This document shows positions 25,806-39,584 of a stretch of 64,000 bases of DNA, in pieces. Source of the stretch: Chiloscyllium plagiosum (Eukaryota); assembly GCF_004010195.1 (NCBI RefSeq), contig NC_057719.1, forward strand, positions 55,991,861 through 56,055,860. Direction: 5' to 3'. Every line of letters starts with the position of its first letter. The first letter of the stretch is position 1. The notes under the pieces were generated by a model that saw only the letters and a list, made by a program, of their open reading frames with translations, did no database searches and had not been told where the DNA came from. Position numbers and translations under genes: made by a program.

Positions 25806-26460
25806 TGTGGAGAGGATATTTCACTGGTAGGAGAGACAAGGACCTCAGGACACAGCTTCAAAGTAAAGAACGACATTTTAAAACTGAGATGAGGAGGAAT
25901 ATCTTCATCCAGAGGATGGTGAATCTGTGGAACTTGCTGCTGCAGAAAGCTATGGAGGCCATGTCATTCAGTATATTTAAGACAGAGATAAATAAGTTCT
26001 TGATTAGTAAGGGAATCAAGCATTAAAGGGAGAAGGCAGGAAAATGGGGTTGAGAAAAATACCAGCAGAGAGGACTCAATGGCCTTATGATTAGATTAGA
26101 TTTCCTACAGTATGAAAACAGGCCCTTCGGCCCAACAAGTCCACACCAACGCTCTGAAGAGTAACCCACCCTGACCCATTCCCCTACCCTATATTTACCC
26201 CTGACTAATGCATCTATCACTATGGGCAATTTAGCTTGGCCAATTCACCTGAACTGAATACACATCTTTGTGATTGCAGGAGGAAACCAGAGCACCTCAA
26301 GGAAACCCACACATACACAGGGAGAATGTGCAAACTCCACATAGACTGTCGCCCAAGACGGGAATCAAATCCAGGTCCCTGGCACTGTGAAGCAGCAGAG
26401 CTAACCACTGAGCCATCGTACTGTCCCTTATGCTTCATTCTGCTCCTATACCTTATGATC
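25806..26460 (+). mobile_element. CR1 3' fragment interrupted by HE1
   Basis: 'FKTEMRRNIFIQRMVNLWN'; tail resumes 'ctgctcctataccttatg' near 26440. Confidence 0.75.
26088..26420 (-). mobile_element. HE1 V-SINE
   Basis: (attag)n tail, V-domain and tRNA head in reverse orientation. Confidence 0.9.
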
Positions 26461-26644
26461 TTACAGTGTGTGAAAAACATAAAAGCTTACTTATTAATGT
26501 AGAGTCATCAGTGTTTGAAGAAATTGATGTTGAGGCAATACAAGTCTAAACATTTTGATACTTCACTTGAAGATGAAACTAAGTGTACTCTCCTGTCCTG
26601 CTCTTTAAACAAATAGCAGTTGACACTTCATCTCCAACTCTCAC

Positions 26645-27197
26645 TCTTCTGGAATATTGTGTCCAATTCTGGTCTCCTTCCTACCGTAAAGATGTTGTAA
26701 AACTTGAAAGGGTTCAGAAAAGATTTGCAAGGATGTTGCCAGCGTTGGAGCATTTGAGTTAGAGGGAGAGGCTGAACAGGCTGGGGCTGTTTTCCCTGGA
26801 GCGTCGGAGGCTGAGGGGTGACCTTACAGAGATTTAAAAAATTATGAGGGGCATGGATAGGATAAGTAGACAAAGTATTTTCCCTAGGGTGGGGGAGTCC
26901 AGAACTAGAGGGCATAGGTTTAGGGTGAGAGAGGAAAGATATAAAAGAGACCTAAGGGGCAACTTTTTCACACAGAGGGTGGTATGTGTATGGAATGAGC
27001 TGCCAGAGGAAGTGGTGGAGGCTGGTACAATTGCAACATTTAAAAGGCACCTAGAAAGGTATATGAACAGGAAGGGTTTGGAGGGATATGGGTCAGGTGC
27101 TGGCAGATGGGACTAGATTGGGTTGGGATAACTGGTCGGCTTGGTCGGGTTGGACCAAAGGGTCTGTTTCTGTGCTCTCCATCTCTATGACTCTATG
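26645..27197 (+). mobile_element. HER1/CR1 3' fragment
   Basis: 'LEYCVQFWSP...FFTQRVVCVWNELP'; tail ctctatgactctatga. Confidence 0.92.
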
Positions 27198-28054
27198 AGC
27201 CATATCTGTTGTAATGTGCTGCAAAGGTTTTGCTTTGGGTACATCAGAATCTTTCCTGCGTCTCTTTGACACCAGGTATGAATATTTTGCCATTTTGCAA
27301 GGATAGAAGATTGTGATGAAGGAACCAGAGTGCAAATTACACTTCATTCTTCCCCACTCTTGCATGGTTATAATGCAAGCTGGTTGCTTTTAAGGCAAGA
27401 TATGCTCTTATAGTAGACCATGTGTAGTTACAGTGGTATGGAACTAACTAGGTACATTATTTATTTCCAGGCATTCCAGGGATGAGTGCAATTTTCCTTT
27501 CACTCAGTTAATAATATAGATGGAATGATAGATAAAAGAAAGAATCTTGCATCAATTGTTCCTGAAGCGCATGCATGTGAAATAGTGCCTTAAGAACAAT
27601 GCTGAGTTAGTAAATCTCTTTCTACACTAATTGCATCTGCTATCTCTTGCTGACTATGGAAAAAAAAACTTATTTTAAATGATTGCCACTTTTGTCAATG
27701 TCACAGTTCAATACAATCTTAGCTCCCCAATCTGGAGTTTCAACTTCTTTTCTCAGGTCAGCAACACTAAGACAGGAGATATCTCAGTGCCCCAAACCAA
27801 ACATGGGATAAGCTGGCTCAGGAGCCTGCATGTTCATTCAATGATGGTAGGGTTTCCTAGGAGTCCAGGTTAGGTGATCCCAGAATGGGAGGAGAGGCAG
27901 CCAGCTACTAGCTGCCACTTTGGCACAAGGTCAGCCTCCAGGTATTGGCACTGCGTGAACGATAAATAAAAAATATAATGAAACCAACAAAGGCCTACAG
28001 CCTTCACCCCTCCCAGACATGCCCAATCCATGTTAACCCTTTACTTCTAACTGG

Positions 28055-28268
28055 TAGAAAGTGAGGACTGCAGACACTGGAGATCAGAGTCGAGAGTGTG
28101 GTGCTGGAAAAGCACAGCAGGTCAGGCAGCATCTGAGGAGCAGGAGAATGACATTTTGGGCATCAGTCCTTCATCAGGAATGGTGAAGTGTTTATGCCCG
28201 AAACATTGATTTTCCTGCTTCTCCGATGTTGCCTGACCTGCTGTGCTTTTCCAGACCCACACTCTCGA
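28055..28268. mobile_element. Palindromic PLE terminal-repeat mini-element
   Basis: Inverted arms meet at about 28181; imperfect TSD cctttacttctaac / cctttgccttctaac; decayed hammerhead cores. Confidence 0.85.
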
Positions 28269-29304
28269 CCTTTGCCTTCTAACACCCTGTACCCAATCCT
28301 AAAGTTCCCCCAACCCCTTAAGCTACCTTCTATGCCAATTTAGTGCTAACATGCCAGTTTATGCCATGCATCCACCACACTTTGCCCAGTCACTCCATGC
28401 CAATTTAAATAGTATTCACCATAGGAAAACATCAGGAGCCATATTGACATAGAATGAAGTCACAACTCTATTGATGATGTCATTATTTTTTTGAAAAAGC
28501 ACTGTCATTGATAACAAAAAGATATTAATACATTTAACTTCCTTCTCTTTTGAAAACAACCACTTGCATTCTAAGTTACTTGACAGCTTGAACAGATCTT
28601 TGATAGCATGATAGTTTTGTCAATGCGACATTTCATTGACAGTTCTTGACAGTTCTGCAATCAGTTTATGTACATTTATTTCACTTTCCTGTCTATTTTT
28701 AACAGCCTTAGCGGGTACCTGATTCACCCCTCTGGGCACAGACCACACCCCCATCTCCCAAAATGTCCTGGGAAAATATCCAAGGAGCAATTCAGTTCTT
28801 CAAAAGGGTACCGTGGGGATTCAAATTAAACGAACTGAAACAGACTTGCTCTGAACTATTCTGCATCTGCACACTCTGGGTTCTTTACAATGGTGATACA
28901 AAAATAGAGTTTAACAGGAGACAAATAGCCAGCTATGTTTTCAAACTACAAACAAGTGAAGCCTGGACCATCCCCAAATGTGACCCCACTGAAATCAGAA
29001 ATGATGTATGCAAGGCTGGAAACTCCCAATTTCAAAGGAGTTTTGCTGTTTTCACTGTGACTAAGAGCGCGGTGAAAATCTGCATGTAAATCATGAAGTC
29101 ACCCACAAACCCATCCATGTGATTGTAGCAGGGAAAGGCTGCACTCTAACAAAGATCAAAAGATCTCTATGAAACACCTGGACACCTCTGGTCTCTCCGT
29201 AGTCTGCAGCTCTTTAGATGCATTCCTGAAAAAAAACCTCTAGAAACATTGCAGGTGCTTCTCATCTCAGAATATTCTCTTCAGCTTACCAGGGCAGTGT
29301 AATA

Positions 29305-29485
29305 ATCAGAGCTGAAAATGTGTTGCTGGAAAAGCGCAGCAGGTCAGGCAGCATCCAAGGAGCAGGAGAATCAATGTTTTGGGCCTGAGCCCTTCTCCTG
29401 CTCCTTGGATGCTGCCTGACCTGCGCTTTTCCAGCAACACATTTTCAGCTCTGATCTCCAGCATCTGCAGTCCTCCCTTTCTCCC
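29305..29485. mobile_element. Palindromic PLE terminal-repeat mini-element
   Basis: atcagagctgaaaatgtgttgctgg...ccagcaacacattttcagctctgat inverted arms; junction near 29393. Confidence 0.85.
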
Positions 29486-29759
29486 ATTCATACATTACAT
29501 GGTCACAGTAAAAGTCAAAACTAACACGATAAAAGAAGAAACTAATGAGGGTCTTATGCCTAATCAATAACTGAAAACAACTGAACATCTATTACCCATA
29601 TCCCACCACCATTTACAATGAGCACCTTTTCCACTGAGTTAACAAGATTATATCCTTGCTTATATTTGTTATCTTATTGCTCATTTCTTTCATTATTACA
29701 TATAATTGTTAGCTTTCTGTGTGAATATATTAACTATACGCCCATCTTTGTTTTAATTA

Positions 29760-29970
29760 ACAACACCATCTGGAAGATCCCTTCCAAGCCACTCACCATC
29801 CTAACATTGCCGATCCTTCACTGTGGCAGGGTTAAAATTCACTCTCACAGCATTGTGGATGCACCTGCACCAAAAAGACTCCAGCAATTCAAGAAGGTCA
29901 CTCATCACAATCTTCTCAAGAACAATAAATGCTGGCCCAGCTAGCAACGCCCATTCCTGGAAATGTTTTT
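29760..29970 (+). mobile_element. Family-2 LINE 3' end
   Basis: 'caagccactcaccatcct...caataaatgctggcccagctagcaacgccc'. Confidence 0.7.
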
Positions 29971-30855
29971 TTTAGTCCCAAGCAGTGATCAGACTGCACA
30001 AACATTAATTTAAACAATGTTTTTCAGACATGTTCACGATTGCTGAACGGTTGCCTGGCATTCATTCACTGATACACCTTCAATTGCTTACCAATTATTT
30101 CATAATCTTTATCAGTTAATTTTGCTTGAAGGTTCAGTCTTTGTTCAAATGTTTCGCAGCCATGCTCTTGAAATTGCTGTGTAGCTGCACAATTATATTG
30201 TCAGTTAGTTATTTTAAGATATCACAATTATAAGAATCATACTGCCCTATTTAATACATAGAAGTCAAATGATAATATTATTACAATACCAAATCACCTC
30301 AAGTTAGAAACAGAATTCTGCCATTATCTTATTAACCCTTTCCTTACCTTGTAGTTTGGTTCAGTATCATCAATCTTCTATTTCCTGTTCACTTGAAGCA
30401 GCAACAGAGAGGAGTAGATTCCAGTCACTAAGGTCAAATTTACAACCAGATCTGAGATACTACCTAATTTTATCTTTAATCTCTTCTCTTGTAAAAGCTT
30501 TAAGGAAATTGCAATTTTTCCACAGGTTACTTCAACATGTTGGCACAGCTCAGAAGTACAGTTTCACATTCTTCAAATAAAAGATTTAGAAATACCTCTC
30601 TTGGTCCTGTTATACCAATGGCAGACTATACAATCATTAGTCCACTTGCATTCTGTTTTGTTACAAATTATGGATATAAATGGTATAAAATATAATTTTT
30701 AAACATTCAATTCCACAACAGGAAAGATCTCTCTTAAGTGGAAGGACAGCAAGATCTGGGGATGCTGATCAAAGTTATCACATTGGGACTGAAGATGAAA
30801 AGGTGAAAAAGAGGACAAATGGAAATCCAGAGTTTATATAGAGGATCAGTGAGTA

Positions 30856-31560
30856 CAGATGTTCCCCGGGTTACAAACACCCGACTTACAAACGCCCTTT
30901 GCTTACAAACCAACCTCTGTAAAGCCTAATATTTTTAAAAATCAAATTACATACAATGGTTCGTACTAACAAACTGGCAGACTACTTTGCGTGATGCTCA
31001 AGTCACTGCGCATTTTCAGCGGTTTATCAGCCCGAGGAAGAACAATGCCAAACCGTCGTCGCCATTTTAAGTCAGATGGTGTAAATATTGTTGTGTGTGT
31101 TGTATTTTGACTTAAATGTTTTGTGTGTTTACCCTCATAATCATGGCTTCAAAGTGTAAATCTGATGCAAGTGATGGTGATGCAATGAATAAAAGGAAAA
31201 CAATCACTATTGAAACAGAAGTGGAAATAATAAAGCGATCAGGGAGAGGTGAAACGCCAACAAATGATCGGGAAAATTATAAACGACAAGGGGAGAGTAA
31301 TGGACCATGTAAAAGGCTCTGTCCCAATGAAAGCGAGAATTCTCACTAAGCAACACATTGGTCCAATTATCGAAATGGTTAAAGGGTCAAAATCAGCTTA
31401 ATATTCCTATAAGCCTTGACTTAGTACAAGTGTTCTAGGTAAAATATATGCTCTACAGCAAAACAAACATTTGCATAATTGACGCTAGATGTGAACTGTA
31501 CGTAACTTTTCCGACTTACATACAAATTCCACTTAAAAACAGAACTTGTTTGTAATCTTG
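30856..31560 (+). mobile_element. Tigger/pogo DNA transposon, internally deleted (transposase N-terminal HTH remnant)
   Basis: TA|cagatgttcccc start with subterminal 'cgacttacaaac'; 'MASKCKSDASDGDAMNKRKTITIETEVEIIKRSGRGETP' resembles the CENP-B-type HTH start. Confidence 0.8.
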
Positions 31561-31699
31561 TACAAAATAAAGACTTGATGATGAATATACACAAGACATT
31601 AATTAGGCTGCAACTTGAATATTTTTTCCAACTTTAAACAATCTATTGGATGGCTGTATGCTACTAGACCTCAGAAACAAGCTCGAGAAATTAATAGGC

Positions 31700-31995
31700 A
31701 GCTAATTAGGGGAGTCCAAAACTAGAGAGGCACAGATTTAAGGTGAGAGCGGAAAGGCAGTAAACGGGCAACTTTTTCACACAGAGGGTGGTGCATGAAT
31801 GGATTGAGCTGCCAGAGGAAGTGGTGGAGGCCGGTATAACTACAACATTTAAAAGGCATCTGGACAGGTACACAAACAGGAAGGGTTTAGAGGGTCATTG
31901 GCCAAATGCTAGCAAATGGATAGAGATTAATTTAGAATATCTGGTTGGTCCAAATGAAGGGTCTATTTCTTTGTTGCACATCTCTATGACTAAGT
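31700..31995 (+). mobile_element. HER1 3' fragment
   Basis: 'FFTQRVVHEWIELPEEVVEAG' and tail. Confidence 0.85.
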
Positions 31996-32282
31996 GATGG
32001 AGTCAGGACTCCGATGAAGTTCTAGGGAGCAGCGAATATGCAAAGGTCACTGGCTGTATGCTGGTAAAAGGGCCTCAGAAGTAACTTGTGAGCATCAGTA
32101 TTTCATGCAACTGGGAGAGTAGAGATTGAAAATCAGCAATTGCTGGATGCAAGAGATTTAATATTTTGAGTCAAAGAGGACTCAAGGAGAAATGCGATGA
32201 GATTTATACTGAAGACATGATGAGAAGCAGGAAGAATAAAAGGAAATGTCCAGAACAGTAGACAACAGGAGTGATTAAATGA

Positions 32283-34345
32283 ACAAAAGAACATAAGAAC
32301 CTAAGAGTAGGCCATCTGGCCCTTCGAACCTGCTCCACCATTCAGTAAGGTCATGGCTGATCTTTTCATGGTACCAGCTCTGCTTACCCGCCCTGTCACC
32401 ATAACCCTTAATTCCTTTACTTTTCAAACAATTACCTATCTTAACATTTTACTGAGGAAGCCTCAACTACTTCACTGGGCAGGGAATTCCATAGTTTCAC
32501 AACCCTCTGGGTGACGAAGTTCCTTCTCGATTCAGTCCTAAATCTGCTCCCCCTAATTTTGAGGCTATGCCCTCTTGTCCTAGTTTTACTTAACAGTGGA
32601 AACATTCTCACTACTTCTATCTTATCTATTCCCTTCAAAATGTTATATGTTTCTATAAGATCCCCTCTAGTTCTTCGAAATTCCATTGAATAATCCCAGT
32701 CTACTCAGTCTGTCCTCCTAGGCCAACTCCCTCAACTCCGGAATCAACCCTAGTGAACCTCCTCTACACTGCCTCAAGTGCCAGTATGCCCTTTCTCAAG
32801 TAAGGAGACCAAAACTGCATGCAGTACTTCAGGTGTGGTGTCACCAGCACCCTGCATAGCTACAACAGAACCTCCCTGGTTTTAAACTCAATCCTTTTAG
32901 CAACAAAGGACAAAATTCCATTTGCCTTCTTAATTACCTGTTGAACCCGCAGATCACCCTCTGTGATTCAGGCACAAGGACACTTTGTGAGCAGAGCAGC
33001 ATGCTGTAATTTCTTACCATTCAAATAATAGTCCTTTTCACTGTTATTCCTACTGAAATGGATGACATGATATTTATTAATTCTGTACTCCATCTGCCAG
33101 ACCTTTGCCCACTCACTTAAAATATCTATGTCCCTTTGCAAAGATTCATGGTCCTCTGCACACTTTGCTCTACCACTCATCTTCGTGTCATCTGCCAACT
33201 TTGACACACACTAAATCATCGATATTAATTGTGGACCCAAAACTGATCCCTGAGGCACACCACTAGTCACTGATTGCCAACTAGAATAGCACTCATTTAT
33301 CCCCAATCTTTGCTTCCTGTTAATCAACCAATCCTCTATCCGTGCTAATACATTACCTGTAATGCCATGCACCTTTATCTTATGCAGCAGCCTTTTGTGC
33401 GGCACCCTGTCAAAGGCCTTTTGGAAATCTAGATACACCACACCTACTGGGTCCCCATTGTCCACCGTGTACGTAATGTCTTCATAGAATTTGAAAAGAT
33501 TAGTTAAATATGACCTGCCCTTCATGAACACATGCTGCATCTGCCCAATGAGACAATTTCTATCTAGATGCCCTGCTATTTCTTCCTTGATAATAGACTC
33601 CAGCATTTTCCCCACTGAAGAATTTAAGCTGCCTGGTCCTTAATTCCCCATCTTTTGTTTACCTCACTTTTTAAACAGTGGCATCACATTTGCTGTTTTC
33701 CAATCTGTTGGAAATACCCGAGAGTCCAGTGAATTTTGGAAAATTACTACAGGTGCATTTGCTATTTTTCCTGCCCTTTTAGCACCCTGGGATGCATTCC
33801 ATCAGGGCCAGGAGACCTGCCTACCTTGACTTCCATTAGCTTACCCAACAATACCTCTTTCATGGAAATGATTGTTTCCAGGTCCTCACCGATATTCATC
33901 TCTTTGTCAATTACTGGCATGTTATTTGTGTCCTCCACTGAAAACCGATACAAAATACTTATTCAATGCCTCAGCCATTTCCTTTTATCCCATTACTAAA
34001 TCCCCCTTCTCATCTTCTAAAGGACTAATGTGTACTTTAGCCACTCTTTTTTTGTTTTATAGATTTATCAAAACTTTTGCTACCTGTCTTTATATTCTAA
34101 GCTAGGTTTTTTCTCATAATCTATATTTTTTTATAGCTCTTTTTGTGGCTTTCTGTTGGCCTTTAAAGCTTTCCCAATCTTCTAGTTTCTCGCTGATCTT
34201 GGCCACTTTGTACGCCTTCTCTTTCAATTTGATCGCCTCCCTTATTCCCTTTTCCTACATTCCTTCCTTCTCACTGGTACATAGTGCTCAGCAAAACTAT
34301 GAAAAATTGCTTTGGTAGTCCTCCACTGTTCATCAACTGTCCCAC
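32283..34345 (-). mobile_element. CR1 LINE, about 2 kb, RT domain to 3' end, disrupted
   Basis: 'SPGPDGMHPRVLK', 'VYLDFQKAFDRVPH', 'SGVPQGSVLGP', 'SKLADDTK', 'RGDLIETY'. Confidence 0.93.
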
Positions 34346-35769
34346 CATAAAGTCAAAGGTCATGGTAATGTTGGCGGTGAAGAAACAAAGCAACTATCCA
34401 TAATGTGTGTGACTGCCAGAATAAGGACCAGCTCTGTCTAAAAACAAAAAGAATACATGAACAACATGATTAATACTGGTACATGGCAAAGAAATGGAGC
34501 ACAGAGGTCCTGTAATGTTTGAACTTGTATTCCATGATCCCTGAACTGTCCTGAGTGATCTTTCAAAAATCTTGCAATAAGACTCTCGTCTATTGCTGAT
34601 TAGAATTGATTGGCACTAACATTTCGAAACACTCAATGGTTGCACCCTTGGCACTGAATATATCCTTAAGGTTACATTTTTACACTCTGCTGGAAATTGG
34701 TTTACTCACAATATCTTAAGTAAGCAACTAACAGTTTGATTACATGCAAGAAATGGACAGTAGACTGACAAAACTTGATGCACATTTCAAGTTACTTATA
34801 TCTTCTCACATCTAGTGGTGCAAGAGGCAGACAAAGCAATTGTTTATGTCTGTTTCCATAATTAGAATTTGTTGGAACAAAGCACTTAGTCAGTAGCTTG
34901 AGAGGCTACCAATCCACATCAAGCATGGCTGACCAGGAAATTCTCCCATTCTTAGAACCTACCATACACTGACCAGAAGGGCTGTACATTGATCGTCAAC
35001 CTGTTTGATATAATAAACATCCTCTCTGTGACCATCAAGTCTTAGAGGGTGATACAAATCCAGAGCTTCTGTCTCAGAGACAAAAACAGTGCCTACTTTT
35101 GCCCAAGGCCTCATGTGTCAAATAATCCAGCTGGGGTTTCATAGATTAGTTTCAAAAATGATCCTAATAATTATTATAATTTTAATCTCACCTGCATAAC
35201 AAAAAGTATAAACATTAGCACCATAAGACAACTTTGATTTAAGCTGTTTGACTGCAGAATTTGAGAAGTAAACTATTGCTAACTCTTCACAGGAATCAGC
35301 AGCTATTTTTGCTAACGTGATGACAGCTGATTTGTTGAATGTCTGATATCACCAAACATTTTAAGACATCCTCTATCAAATAGATCAGGGCTGGATCCAA
35401 TTCCAATGAGGCCAATATTACAGCACAGTTTACACAGTCAAGGAGTTCTTATAACCACACAATAGCTTATGCCGAAATCCTCAGGGAAAAAAAAGTAAAA
35501 GCTACCGTGTAAGTTTAGAAAGTCATTGAAGAATCATAAATATTTAAATATGGAATATAAGTCCAAGATCGAAAGGTGCTGAATAATACATGTTAGGAGG
35601 AGTTTGAAACTAGTTGTTTGCTGCATCATCTGCAAGTTTTGAAATTGTTCCCTGAACATTTCGGTCTAGGTCATTAACATTGATCCAGAAAAACTGTGGT
35701 CCTTATACTTATCCCTGGCACAAGCCAATTTATACCCTTCTCCAGTACCTACACTCCAAGGAAAGTGTT

Positions 35770-36310
35770 TCTTTTTTTTATTCAGGAGATGTCAGCATCT
35801 CTGGCGAGCCAGCATTTATTGCTTATAGCTAGTTGCCCTTGAGAAGATGGTGGTGAACTGGCTTCTTGAACCATATGGTCCATTTGCTGTAAGAACACAC
35901 ACAATGTTTTTAGGGATGGAGTTCCATGATTTTAACCCAGTGACACTGAAAGAACAGTAATGCATTTCTAAGTCAGGATGGTGAATGGGTCAGAGGGGTC
36001 CTTCAGGTGGTGGTGTTCCCACTTATCTGCTGCCCTTGTCCATCTAGATGGTAGTGGTTGTTTGGAAGGTGATAACTAAGACCCCTTGAGAATTTCTGTG
36101 GTGCATCTTGCAGATGGCACACATTGCTGCAACTGAATGTTGATGGTGGAGGTAGTGGATGTTTGTGGATGTGATTTCAATCAAGCGAGCTGCTTTGTCC
36201 TGGATGGCGTCAAGCTTCTTGAGTGTTGTTAGAGCTCACCCATCTAGACAAGTGGAAAGTATTCCATCACACTCCTGACTTGTGCCTTGTTGACAAGCTG
36301 TGGAGGGTGA
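35770..36310 (-). mobile_element. Family-2 LINE 3' fragment
   Basis: 'gccagcatttatt' tail and 'gtcctggatggcgtcaagcttcttgag'. Confidence 0.8.
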
Positions 36311-36944
36311 GTACATCATGTGTGAGTAATTGACCAGTAATGTTCAATGTGAAATTATGAAAAATGGAATATCAATTGTGTATGGTAATGAATCTATGGT
36401 TAGGTAATAAGATTTAGAAATGGTTCAGAGTTTATGAAAGATAATTGCTTTCGGTTCCTATCCCCCAGTCAGTAACATTACTGAAAAACACAAAAGGCAA
36501 ACAATAAATTACAAAGAGCTATCACTGCCGGAAGCACCAGTTTCAATGTATAATCTCAATTATAGCGCTGCATTTACTTTGAGTCAAATGAGACCATAGT
36601 ATAACATTACATTGAGATAGGGACTGGGAAATATAATCATTTTAGTTCATCGAAATGAAGATTAGCCTGTCCAATGTTACATGTATATCACATATCAATT
36701 ACCTCATGTCAAATCTCTGGATATTTTGATTCAAAATCCTTTTCTGCATCATCAGCTGTGTTTTGATTACAACAATACTTTAATTTTTGCAATCATAAAC
36801 CATTTTTATGCAAATATATGCAGTGTGATATTGCTCCTTTGATTATTGCAAAATTGACCGTTATTAGGAAAATAGTTTTCTAATCTGACATGAGTTCAGC
36901 TTATATTTATGGTTTTCCAGATTATACCAATATTCGTATATGGT

Positions 36945-37056
36945 GTTCTGAAGAAGTGTCACTGCACTGAAAATGTTAACCCTGCTTTCCCTCCACAGAT
37001 GCTGCCAGACCTGCTGAGTTTTTCCAGCAAATTTTGTTTTTATTTCAAATCTCCAG
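36945..37056 (+). mobile_element. Older PLE terminal-repeat family with decayed hammerhead
   Basis: ttCTGAAGAagtgtcactgcactGAAAatgttaac...gatgctgccagacctgctgag; related copies at about 21915 and 38100-38225. Confidence 0.65.
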
Positions 37057-37238
37057 GCTCTATTCTTTACTTTATTTTGATGTTTTAATTGTTGTTTCAT
37101 TTGCACTTCATTTATTTATTTCACTTTTATGTTAGCTTTTTTTAAAACACTCTAATCTTCTGACTTTTCATTTATTTAAATTGTTTAAGAAGATAAGAAA
37201 AACTTGCAGTTACACAGTACCCTTCACAAAGCACAATA

Positions 37239-37453
37239 CAGGGGGTCCCCAATTACAAACATCCGAGTTACGAACGCTTATACTTCTGAACACGATCCCA
37301 TACAGGTTTATAGTTGAAAGATCCAACATACAACATTTCCTGCAATTAGATCAGTTGTTTTATATTGTCCTGCACTGTGTTCCGACTTGCATACGAATAA
37401 ACATGCGAGCGAACTCAGGAACGGAGCCCACTTACAACCTGGGGACTTGCCTG
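37239..37453. mobile_element. Tigger-like MITE
   Basis: TA-flanked; termini cagggggtcccc / ggggacttgcctg; subterminal motifs like those of 30856. Confidence 0.8.
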
Positions 37454-38689
37454 TACTGCCAAAGAAATAATTTTGAAATATGGATAACCATTCCCCCGCT
37501 GCCTGATGTGAGACTCCCCTTTCTATGCTCACTTGTGCTTCCTGTTAATTATTTCCAATTAAAATAGGTATTGGAACAAAATTTGCTGTTAACATCATGG
37601 AGCGTTTTCTATTATTTCTTCACAATGATACAGCAACTTCAGAAGAAGGGCAGATTTGCACTGAAACATAAACATCCAAACATTACTGACTAAGTTGCTG
37701 TGTTCTGCTATAAAGCTAAAATTTCAGTTGTATCTCAGCAAATGCTGACAATTTAAACAATTTCCAATAGGCATATGTATGTTTTAATTGAGCTGATGAC
37801 TTGGATGCAGTCCCCCAAGGCTAACTTCATGTAAAGTGAAGAGTAATCTAAAGTGTCTGAGTATTTCCAAATAAGTGCGATTATCAGTCTGTTGAATATT
37901 GAATGCTGAAGAAGGATTTTTATGTAAATACAATAAGTAGCTAGCTTTTATTAAGCTCATTATCTTCTGACACTTCTGTATTGTCTACAAGCTTATACAA
38001 TTTAAGATATAAAAGTTAAAAAGCACAATCAAAGTATTCATAATATGTTTGATATTTTATTGTGTATATCAATAAAAAGTCCCACTACCCTACCTGTCTA
38101 CAGCAATGAAGAACAGTGAAATCAGACACAAAATATTCAGTCAGTTTCTTTCCCCACAGATGGTGCCAGACTGCTGAGTTTTTCCGACACATGCTGTTTT
38201 TATTTCAGACTTCAGCTTCCACAGTGTTTGAGCACAGTGCACAGTTGAGTTAGGTCTTGGATAATATCTAATGTGTGTAATATTTATTATAAACTCACTG
38301 ACTTATTCAGCGACCATGGCTGCATTTCTCACACTTTATATCCTGCTGTATAAAGATTCTAAACTTTTCCATCTCAGTTATATGCATTCCAAAGATACAT
38401 TGGAAGCCTAGTTCTGGAAGGTTGTATCTTCCTTTTTCCTCAACTAAGGGTTACCCCTCACCTGGCAATATTAGGTGACCATGCTAACTGCAATTCTACA
38501 CTGTCCATCCTCCTTGAGGCCTGGATGCTCCAGATCAAGGAATAACACCCCTCCCACCCCCACACCCCTTTCCCATCCATACTTTATTGTATCCTCCCCA
38601 TTCAAATACAATTTTCCCCTATCACAAATATTATTTACCCTTACCCCATCTCCTGCCTGAAGCACCAATTTCCAGAAATTAACTTGCAT

Positions 38690-38915
38690 CAGAATGACAT
38701 TCAATCAATAACTTCTTGGTTGGATAGGCACTAGCACAGTCCATATCAAAATGCAGCAAGATCTGGGCAACATTCAGGCTTGGGCTGATAAATAACAAGT
38801 AACATTCATGAGGTACGAGTACCTGGCAATGGAAACCTCTAAAAAGAGAGAATCTAACCAATGTCTGTTGAAATTCAATGGCATTACCATCTCTGAATCC
38901 TACATTTTTGAATGT
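38690..38915 (+). mobile_element. Family-2 LINE fragment
   Basis: 'atgcagcaagatctgggcaacattcaggcttgggctgataa'. Confidence 0.65.
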
Positions 38916-39523
38916 CTTTAACAAACTGAACAACACATGAAAATAAGGTAGTTGCCAGTCATTAGTGAGGTTCTGAACTCACATTTAAACCTGAAATTAA
39001 AACCAGAAATTGTTTTCTCGGCATCAAGATTCAGATTTTTAAAACATTTTCTCACATTTTCTGCCATGGCTCTTGAATTCCACCCCAAATCTCTTTGAAA
39101 ATCTATGTGTGTAATTCTCAACTCAATTACTTAATTCTTTCCCCATCTTCCTGGTTTAGTGCATAGCAGAGATGACATCCCCTAGATAACTAGTCGTAAG
39201 ATTAGCTACTTTTCAGATTCATTGCTTCCTTACATCCCTTACACAAGTTCCATTTTTTATGTTTTCAACGTTACTAGTTCCCATGCAGATTTTGCAGGTC
39301 CACCTAAACATCTGCAATCTCAATCTCTTTGTGCTTGATCTCAGCTAAATCTGCCCATAGCCCTATGGAATGTCTCCTCACATGTCTCCTTTCAATGACT
39401 CTAGGTTGTACAATGTCCCAGAAGACCATGACCAACATAGTTTCACCAACATTTTTCTTTCTTCAAAATAGCCCCTTTAGACTGATCTCTAAAACAACTG
39501 GAAAAGGAATAATTGGGTTCTAA

Positions 39524-39584
39524 GCTTAAGGCCTCCCAAGGTGACCATGTTTCCCCCACATGGTCACCTTGGGAGGCCTTAAGC
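39524..39584. repeat. Perfect 27-bp inverted repeat with 7-nt loop
   Basis: gcttaaggcctcccaaggtgaccatgt-ttccccc-acatggtcaccttgggaggccttaagc. Confidence 0.97.

Noticed and set aside
28690..29760. Possible old LTR
   Set aside because: I could not identify TG/CA termini or a TSD.
30340..30580. Splice-like signals and a 74-aa ORF
   Set aside because: Stops in the minus frames and an unrecognised plus-strand peptide; not supportable.
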